Source of the DNA: Blastocladiella emersonii ATCC 22665
Taxonomy: Eukaryota; Fungi; Blastocladiomycota
Assembly (NCBI GenBank): GCA_025594325.1
Contig: JANHCV010000002.1
Span: 434,001-498,000 of the forward strand
DNA: 64,000 nucleotides
Direction: 5' to 3'
Under the pieces are notes generated by a model. The model saw only the letters and a program-made list of their open reading frames with translations. It was not told the origin of the DNA and did no database searches. A program made the translations under genes and the position numbers. Positions within the stretch are counted from its first letter, which is position 1, and each line of letters starts with the position of its first letter. This document shows positions 55,777 through 64,000 of the stretch, piece after piece.

Positions 55777-56555
55777 GCGTGCGCGCCGCGGCGAGAGCTG
55801 CAATCTGTACATGTTATTCCTCCCCATCCCCACCCCCACACCCGAAAACCAATGCAAATACTCCGCACAGCTCACTCGTCTCCGGCCTCCCTCCCGTTGC
55901 GCTTGGTCGCAGCGCGCCCAGCTCGACAGGCCCCGGTGGGCCACCCAGGCGCTGCCCATCTCGCGCTCGGGCCGTGGGCACCAGCGAGGCCGAACGCGAC
56001 CACGCTTGTTTGTTGAGAGACTCTGAAAGCACCTGAGACGCTCCTACTCATGAATTCGCGGTAATCAGCGCGCCCTCGATTAATTTCTCGCCGAGCGGGC
56101 TGCATGCACATCACCTGATTGGCGCAGGCGCACAAGAAGGCGAGGTGGCCGCCACGCTGCCACCATTCCAGCAGCACGGATTCCCTCTCCTCCCCGACCG
56201 TAACCCGTTCCCCTGCTACGCATCAACACCGCCGTCCGCGCCGCCGCAGACTGCCTGCACTAGATTGCTCGCACCCGCCGCGACCGCTGCCGAGTGCCTG
56301 CCGCCTGCTCGTTTGCTCGCCACCCGCAAGTTCCGCCCGCCCCGCTCGCCCGCCCATGGCTCGCCCTTGCTGTTGAATCACCCACACCCACCGCCCTGAA
56401 GCCGATTCCTCGCATACACCCTCACGAGCAACTGCACGCCGCACTCGAGCTCGCCCGCACCGCGCACGCGTTCCTCTCCCCTCGAAACCCTAAACCACCA
56501 CTAGACGCGCACCTTTACCCCCTACCATCCTGCCCCTCCGCACCCCGCTCCCGCC

Positions 56556-57338
56556 ATGGCCGACAACATCCTCATCCCGCTCCTCGTCGGCCTCGTCGTC
56601 TTCGAGGTCGTCCTGTACCTCATCCACCGCCGCCGCCAGCGCCGCCTGCGCGCAAAGGACCTGGCCGAGGCACCCACCATGGACGTGTGGTACCTGCCCG
56701 CGGGATGGACCAACAGCCGCCCACCCTCGGAACTCGCCGACCCGAACCTGGTCCCGAACGGCCAAGCCGTGCCCAGCGCGCCCATGGGCGGCGGCGGAAA
56801 CCCGGGCGCCGCACCCACGCCGTCGCGACCGCCGCCCACCCGCCACATCTCGGCCCACCTGCGAACCCGCGGCTACGTCGTCCTTGGCGTCGTCGAGAAG
56901 TGGCGCGGACTCCCGCACCCCGACGACGACGTGCTGCCCCGCTACACGCCCGTCGCTGCGCCCAACGCTCGCGTCGATCTCGACCCGCTCCCTGCCATGG
57001 CCGACTCGCCCGCACCGGGGGCCGCCGAGTACGTCGAGATGACCGACACCCACGTCGACCTGCCCCGCGCCCGCGTTCCGCCACCACCAACACCAGCACC
57101 AACAGCGCCAGCGGCGATCGCGGGCGCCGCCGAGCCCCTGTCCCCGTCCCGCTCCGTCTCGTCCATCACGCCAATACTCTCCGGACCTGGACCGACGCCG
57201 CCCGAGCCCGCCGCGCTCGTCCTCCAGAGCGCACCGAGCTCGCCCACGCACGCGGACTTGCCATCAACATCCGCGGCGGTGGCGGCGCCGGCGTCGCTTG
57301 CGGGTGGTGAGCCATCACCGCGCGGCGTCGTCGCATAG
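56556..57338 (+). CDS. Hypothetical single-pass membrane protein with Pro-rich cytoplasmic tail
   Basis: gccATG context; TM ILIPLLVGLVVFEVVLYLI followed by the basic stop-transfer HRRRQRR. Confidence 0.6.
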   Translation: MADNILIPLLVGLVVFEVVLYLIHRRRQRRLRAKDLAEAPTMDVWYLPAGWTNSRPPSELADPNLVPNGQAVPSAPMGGGGNPGAAPTPSRPPPTRHISAHLRTRGYVVLGVVEKWRGLPHPDDDVLPRYTPVAAPNARVDLDPLPAMADSPAPGAAEYVEMTDTHVDLPRARVPPPPTPAPTAPAAIAGAAEPLSPSRSVSSITPILSGPGPTPPEPAALVLQSAPSSPTHADLPSTSAAVAAPASLAGGEPSPRGVVA

Positions 57339-57618
57339 CGGCTCGCCCGCGCGCTCGCTCGCTGATGCTGCTGCTCTGGGCCGGCACCACCGTGTCGTTC
57401 ATGTTACATATATTACTTCTCGTATCCTGCATCACCACATCGTCTTGTGCGACTAGACCTCTGGCCGAGAAAACGCGTCGCCTAGCAGTCGACAGGTTTG
57501 ACACGTCGACGCGATCCCATCACACGAGCGTGTCGCTGAACGCGTCGCGCCACTTCCGAAGCGTCGTTCCCACGACTCGCGCTCCCTGCACCGACCACCC
57601 ATGTATACAGCACGAACT

Positions 57619-59318
57619 CAAATGGACTCTAACACTATGCAACTACCGCGGCTCAGCCCGGACATCCTCGAGAACATTCTCACTCGCGCCCTTCGCATGC
57701 ACCGCAACCGCAACGACTTTGCCGCGCTCTCGCAGTACTCGCGCGTCTTACGCTACGCCGATGCTCCTGGCGTCTTGCGCGCCATCTTTAATCGCTCGCG
57801 AAAGCTCTCAATCGATCACGCCTGCTATTATGGACGTCTCGCTGTGCTCGAGCAGCGACACCGTATGGGCATGTTGGCGCCAATCGATTTGCGCACGCTC
57901 GGGAGGGCGATTAACAACTTCGACCTCGACATCCTCGAGCTTCTCTGCGGAACGGAGCTCCCGGCTGGGTTCACGGACGGCCGGTTCAAGGAACACTCGC
58001 TCGTTGCCCTCGGCGTTCGTTTTGCCCCCATTGGTGGGACAACGGTGGTACGTTTGCTTTAGTGTTGATTACGCGCAAGCCGTTCCTACGAACTAAATTA
58101 TCCGTGTGGTAGAGACCAAATGGACTGCAGCGTCCCGACGAGCGAGTCCTGCACGACGAAATGTACATTGCCAACGGCTTGATCCAGGAACTCGCGTATA
58201 TGTACCAGGCCATCACGCGGAACGGGATCCAAGCTCTCAACCGCGCTATGAACAGCCCGAACCAGGCGTTGACCTCGCTCAAATTTACTTGCTGCACGCT
58301 CGACTGGACGCGGTTTGCATCGCTCGAGTTTCCCGCCACGCTGCTCGACTTGGACGTGGATGTGTACTGGTTCAAGCGGACTCTCCCAGCGGATGCACTT
58401 GCTGACTGGTCTTGGCCGCCCAAACTTTGCCGGCTTGGCCTGCAAAACATCGCGCTGGATCCCGAATCAGTCCTGGCGCTGCTCAAAAAACTTCCGGCGA
58501 CCATTGAAGAACTCACACTCTCGTCTGACCTGCTTGACGAAACCGACCTCGCATGGATTATCCAGTTCCTCCCGCCAACTCTCTACGACCTGACTATCTG
58601 CAGTACCAGTCTCACTGGGGACGGCTTTGAAGCCATCAGTCCTTTCCTACCAGCAACTCTCCGCCGGCTGTCCTTAGTCGTAGACTGTTTGGGTGAACCA
58701 AATGGGAACAACCAGCTTACGTTCAAGTTTCCCAATACGCTTGAGCAGCTCGAGCTGCGGGCCAACCTCATTAATGAGCCAGCACTGCGAGCGCTTGGCA
58801 AGGCTCTCCCTAAATCGCTTCTCGAGCTTCGCATTGACTCCGATTACAGTGGTCTTAGCGACCAAGCACTTGCAGGTTTTCTAACTTGTCTTCCACCCGA
58901 GCTTGCTCTCTTTGAATTTTCTTCCTACGATCTGGGCTCAACCGGGCTCCAGGTCTTGATGGACGCGCTCCCACCCACGCTCAACTCGCTCGCCCTGCGT
59001 GATGCGGGCCTGGAGGGATCCAACCTTTATGTGCTTCTCAGACAGCTTCCTCCCTCGCTCGACACGCTCGATTTAAGCTGGAACCTGCTGGGAGCGGACG
59101 GAGCGGCCGCTTTGGCGACAAGGATACCGCTAGGGACCGCGCATTTACACCTTCAGTCGGTCGCGTTCGGTGACGCGGAGCTCAGAGCGCTGGCGCACAG
59201 GCTCCCGTCGGCCCTTCGCCTTCAAATGATCGACCTCTCTGGCAATTATACCGTCACTCCGGCGGGCTGGTCGTACCTCGCGAGTAGCGGACCTATTGCG
59301 CTGCACATCAAGCGATGA
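57619..59318 (+). CDS. F-box-like + short ankyrin-like + RI-like LRR protein; intron 58048-58112
   Basis: LPRLSPDILENIL, SIDHACYYGRLAVLE; a phase-0 GTACGT..TAG intron joins this to the LRR ORF 58161-59318 (LDLSWNLLGADGAAALA, IDLSGN). Confidence 0.72.
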
Positions 59319-59506
59319 ATACGGACCGCTCGCACTGCTTCGCGCTCACAACCTCGCTCTCGCTCTTGCAGAAATTGGTACGACGACCGCCGAGGGACCT
59401 CAAATGAAGTTTCCCCTTGCACAATACACACATTCTTCGCTTGATAAAGCCCTAAGACTCAACATTTTAGGCGCGGGTCGTTGCTCGCGATGCGAGCGCA
59501 AGGAGG

Positions 59507-59536
59507 GGTGAGACGCGTCGAGAAAACATGTGATAC
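59507..59536 (+). promoter_or_regulatory. Conserved upstream element GGTGAGACGCGTCGRGAAAACATGTGATAC (also 61741-61770; variant 63814-63840)
   Basis: Near-identical 27-30-mer located 110-140 nt upstream of each orphan-family start. Confidence 0.55.
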
Positions 59537-59649
59537 TCGCGTGACGGCGAAACTGTGGCGTTTCTGTTGGTCCACGCAGGTTCCCACGCTGAAGCGACTC
59601 CGATGACGCACGCTTCGCAGGCACGATCGGACTTCATACAACGCAGACC

Positions 59650-61196
59650 ATGAATCGAATGAAAACTGGCGGCAAACGTGGCCGCGGCCGCGGTCGGGGC
59701 AAGTCCTCGCTCCGTCCTTCAGGTTGACGCGTAACCTTCGCTTGACGTGCAATCTCCGCCTGACGCGCAGCCTCCGATCGACGCCTCCGTCACGTCCGAT
59801 GCAATCGAGACCATCCCCGCTGTTGACGAGTACCGCTGGTTTGGCGGAGGCAAGCTTGTCCCGGGCGACGACTTGACCGCCGACGAGCTATTCCGCGACA
59901 CGGTGCTTCCCGGGATCGAGGCGCGCTACAACACGCGCGAGGAGATTGTTGACGTGATCGAGAAGCTGGACAAATGCGCCAAGCAGTGTCACTCCGAGGT
60001 CAACGGCATTCTCCGCCACTACGAGCGTCTCCACGGTCCTCGTGAGCTCGCTTTGTTCATGGACTCGCACCATAACATCAAAGCCGTCTTGGTCGCCGTG
60101 CTTGACTCCGGGACCAAGAATCAGCCGGAGCGGATTGCTCACCAACGGCTCCGAGCTGCCGTTGTTGCGCACCGCCGCTTCGGGCTGTTCCCACCGCTCT
60201 TCCGCCCCGAAGGTTCAGGCGATTTCTACTTCGACGTCGCCAATTCGATCTTCTGCGCCATTTACTCCAACGCCGAGACTTCCATCCTGGACTTGTTTGA
60301 CAAGCTTGACCATGACCTTTTGCAGTATTATACTCCCATGTTCCAGGACGATCTCCGTAAAATCTTGGATCAACACTCCCGAACCGCCAGTCTCGTTCGT
60401 GCCGGCAAGCGTGCCGCTTTTGACGAAATGCAACCGCTGCTTCTTCGGGCCACTGTAACCCAGCGGACCGCTGACCTTTCCCGCCTTCTCAAGCGGTCCC
60501 CTGGCGTGGCGGGCGCGCCTAGCCCGTTGCAAGTGGCTGCTGTCGTTCCCGAGCTCGTCCGCGGTTACATTGCGATGGGCGCCTTGCCGCACGGCTACTC
60601 CTTGCCCAAGCTGATTCCGGACGACCAAATCATTGGCCATGTGATTACCCTCGAATTTGCCGCGTTTTTCAAGCTCTTCGTCGTTCGCCCGAGCCCAACA
60701 AATCTCGCCGAACTGCCGGGACAGCGCTATCCCACCTCGCCCAACTGGAGCACTTGACGCGCTTCTCGGAAACGAGGGCAGGCCGCCCGTGGCACTCGGT
60801 GCCATCAAGTCGCGCGATGTGGATCGCGTCGAGGCCTGGCTCCGCGCGGGCGTCGCGCACGCACTCGGGGCGTGGGACCAGAACCTCGGCCTCATGAATC
60901 ATTATTTGAAACCCGAGCACTTGTGGAAGCCAGTGTCTGCCGACGAGTCAGCCGCGACTCCAACTTCTCGCCGCCGCCGCTGGTTCGTGGGTCCAATTCT
61001 TTTGATCAATGGCAACTTTCGCGCGTGCGGCTACGAGGGCGGAGTGAAGGCAAGCAGAAAGACGGCCCTGCTTTCGCCTCAAGAGTTTCAGGCGCTCGTT
61101 GCCCGCATCGACGAGTGGCGCGCGCACGAGGAGGTGCGCAAGGCCCAGCTTACGCAGCAGCTCCAAGGTTTGTCGTTTCAGCCGCTGCACAACTAG
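59650..61196 (+). pseudogene. Orphan family copy 1 (MNRMKTGGKRGRGRGRG...), with frameshifts and a nonsense codon
   Basis: Aligns with 61904-63389, but has a frame break and TGA/TAA near 59725 and a frameshift near 60730. Confidence 0.6.
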
Positions 61197-61903
61197 CGGC
61201 CCTGGTCGTTCAGCGCGCATTGATGGCGCTCCATGCGCGTAAGTGAGAAAGTCTCGCGTTGTTTTTCTCCTTTGTCGCGTCCGAGTTTCGTGCCCTTGCT
61301 GTATTGCACTCGATCGGCCCTCAGCGCTGTCGATGCCCTTTCGTTGGTGTAATACATTGTCGTTCCTTCCCACACAACCACGTCATATCACATCTCAGCA
61401 CGCGCGAAAGTGAACGCTGATCATGGCCCCCCTTCTCGCGATGGCCCACACCGCGCTTGTAGTGATGGTGGGCAAGGGCAGCGTCCTCTTTCTTCTAGCT
61501 CGTCATTCTCCATTCGCGTGGACAGCCTCCACCGACCATGTATACGAATGACATGCTTCACAGCGAACACCAGCAAGTGATGTCGTCTGCCGCGGGCTAT
61601 GTGAGGCGGGAACAGCTCGTTCTCATTCGCGCGACTATTCGCAGTCACCAACTACGACTTCACGCAATGCATCTGATGATTGCGACTTTCGCTAACTACA
61701 TCGTGGCTGTGTGCTGGTCAGGACATGACGGCTTGGAAGAGGTGAGACGCGTCGGGAAAACATGTGATACGCAGGTGACGCAACGCGAAAGGTGAAGTGT
61801 GGCGTCGTCCACCGCATTTTTCGCTCGCGCGGCTTCCCCAACCGATCCTAGCCTGTTCGTACGCACGCTCCCGGGAGCGCTACGATCTCATCCAAAGCAC
61901 ACC

Positions 61904-63389
61904 ATGAATCGAATGAAAACTGGTGGCAAACGTGGCCGCGGTCGCGGTCGCGGCAAGACTTCCCGTCCCGCTCCCGCTGCTTCAATTGACGCGCCACCTT
62001 CGATCGACGTCTCTGCCACATCCATTGCAATCGACGATCTTTCCACTCTCGAAGAGTGCCGTTGGGTCGGCGGAGGCAAGCTTGTACCGAGCGCCGACCT
62101 CACCGCAGACGAACTTTTCCGCGACTCGGTGCTTCCTGGGATCGCCGCACGCTTCAAGACGCGCGAGGAGCTTTCCGACATGGTCGAGAAGTTGGTCGAA
62201 AGCGCCAAGCAATGCCACGCCGAGGTGAACGACATTCTTCGCCACTACGAGCGCCTCCACGGTGCTCGTGAGCTCGCTTTGCTCATGGAGGTACGTATAT
62301 CGAGGCCGTGCTACACGTGGTGCTCGACTCTGATACCAAGACTCGGCCCGAGCGGATTGCGGACCAGCGGCTTCGGGCCGCCGTTGTTGCACATCGCCGG
62401 TTTGGTCTGCTCCCGCCTCTGTTTTACCCAGAGGGCTCGGACGAATTCTACCTCGACGTCGCCGACGCTCTTTTTTGCGCCATTTACGACACCGCCGAGC
62501 GCATCCTCCCAGCGTACTTCGAAATGCTCGACCATAACCTTCTGCAATACTTCATTCCCAAGTTCGAGGACGAGGTTCGCCAAAGCTTTATCAACGGTAC
62601 CACAACTCTGGCGGCTCAGCTCACGTCGAGGAGCGGGTTATTGTGGAGGACATGAAGAAGATGCTCCTCAGGGCAACCACAAACCAGCGGATTCGTGACC
62701 TTACTCAGCTTCTCAAGCAGCCCCTTGACAAAATTCGCCCGTTGCAAATGGTTGCCGTCATGCCCGAGCTCGTCCGCGATTACGTCAAACTCGGCGCCCT
62801 ACCGCCCGACTATCGCTATCCCCCACTCATTCCAGACATCGAGGTTGTCAGCCGTGTGATTACTCTCAAATTCACCGCGTTCCACAACCTTTTCGTTGCC
62901 GGCCCGAATCCAATGCTCTCTGCCAATTTTTCATCTCCTCTTCCCCACCCAACGGACGCGCTCGAGGCGCTTATTGGAGGCAAGGGCAAAGCACCCGCAG
63001 CCATTGGTGCAATCAAGTCGCGCGACGTGGAGCGCGTCGAGGCGTGGCTCCGCGCAGGAGTCACGCATGGACTCGAGGTGTGGGACGCGATGCTCCGCGT
63101 CATGAACCATTTTGTGAAACCCGAGCACCTGTGGACGGTAGAGCCGGCCGATCAGGCGGGTGCAACCACGACTCGCCGCCGTCGCTGGTATGCGGGACTG
63201 ATTGTCGTGGTCGACGACAAGTTTCGCATCTGCGGATACGAGGGCGGGGTGCAGCTGAGCGCCAGAGAATACCAGCTCTCGGCTGTGGAGATGAAGTCGC
63301 TCGTTGCCCGAATCGACGAGTGGCGCGTGCACCAGGACCAGCTTGCGCAGCAAATGCAATCGCTGTCGCTTGGGTCGGGGCGCCGCTAG
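61904..63389 (+). pseudogene. Orphan family copy 2, with two frameshifts (near 62295 and 62615)
   Basis: Three consecutive ORFs in different frames together align with copy 1 (GGGKLVP, HYERLHG, HRRFGL.PPLF, IKSRDV.RVEAWLRAG, CGYEGG, ARIDEWR). Confidence 0.6.
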
Positions 63390-63969
63390 CGACGATCTCC
63401 GTTTGGCGCTCTCACGGCGCATCGATAGCCGCGCTGCCTGACCCGCAGCGCCGAAAGTCTTGAGTGTGCGGGAGCGGCGGGGTCGTTGAGCTCGCTCGTT
63501 GATGATTCGTTTCGTTTGCGTCCAAGATTCGCCTCATCACCACGTTTCTCGCCTGGATGCGTTAGCCTGCCGCTTTTTGTTCTGCATCAATACCGATCAT
63601 TTTTGTGATATGTCATCTCTTGTTCCCATGCAATCGGTTCTCCAAACGGTTCATTCGCGCGGATAAGCCACTCTCACCTATCAAATCCTCACGTCTCGCG
63701 TAAGCTTTTGGGAGTAATTTCCGAACCGTAACGGAGAGGGACTGCGAAAATCATGTCGCGGCTTGATGACAGTCGGTCGAGGCAGGTGTAAACGCGCGAC
63801 TGCTCGCACATCCGAGACGCGACGGGAAATCATGTGAGACTCAGGTGATGTGAGCCACACCTCGTTTCCACCCGCTGCCCGCGCCCATCCCCACGCCCTC
63901 AGCTTCAGCTAACCATCGCCAAGAGCCTAGACTCTCTCTGGCATCGTCCCACTCCATGCAACGCACCAA

Positions 63970-64000
63970 ACGAATCCCATGAAACACCGTCGAACCCGCC
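63970..64000 (+). other. Probable start of a third orphan-family copy, truncated by the window edge
   Basis: acgaatcccATGAAA resembles atgaatcgaATGAAA of copies 1 and 2 and follows the third promoter-element copy. Confidence 0.35.

Overview
GC-rich, intron-containing eukaryotic DNA. Introns are short GT-AG (~55-80 nt), and the gene set includes fungal markers (PHO81-like, Kch-like) together with class C GPCR-like and TmcB-like genes, which suggests a zoosporic early-diverging fungus, probably Blastocladiomycota (inference). Recognisable genes: M14 carboxypeptidase, metacaspase, TmcB-like membrane protein, Sec14-GOLD protein, Kch-like transporter, DEDDy exonuclease, GH26, a cytochrome b561-b5-reductase fusion, class C GPCR, TPP2, a Gin4/Hsl1/BRSK-like kinase, PHO81 and SmG. 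Intronless lineage-specific F-box-like/ankyrin/LRR families and a decaying tandem orphan family lie among them. The standout is 4699-8496: a prodomain-less metacaspase sits between two paralogous intronless orphan genes. All three products share a CCWNCG motif and are built from Gly-started, Arg-ended cassettes (several exactly 24 aa, plus 10-aa GxAxPMxGAR units). This looks like a metacaspase-processed peptide-precursor (RiPP-like or signalling-peptide) system. Other points: head-to-head F-box-LRR/F-box-ANK pairs, a GPCR with one in-frame TAA at the ectodomain/7TM junction, and an SH3-containing one-chain membrane electron-transfer protein. No tRNA, rRNA, CRISPR or transposase was recognised. 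All calls are by eye from motifs; no searches were run.
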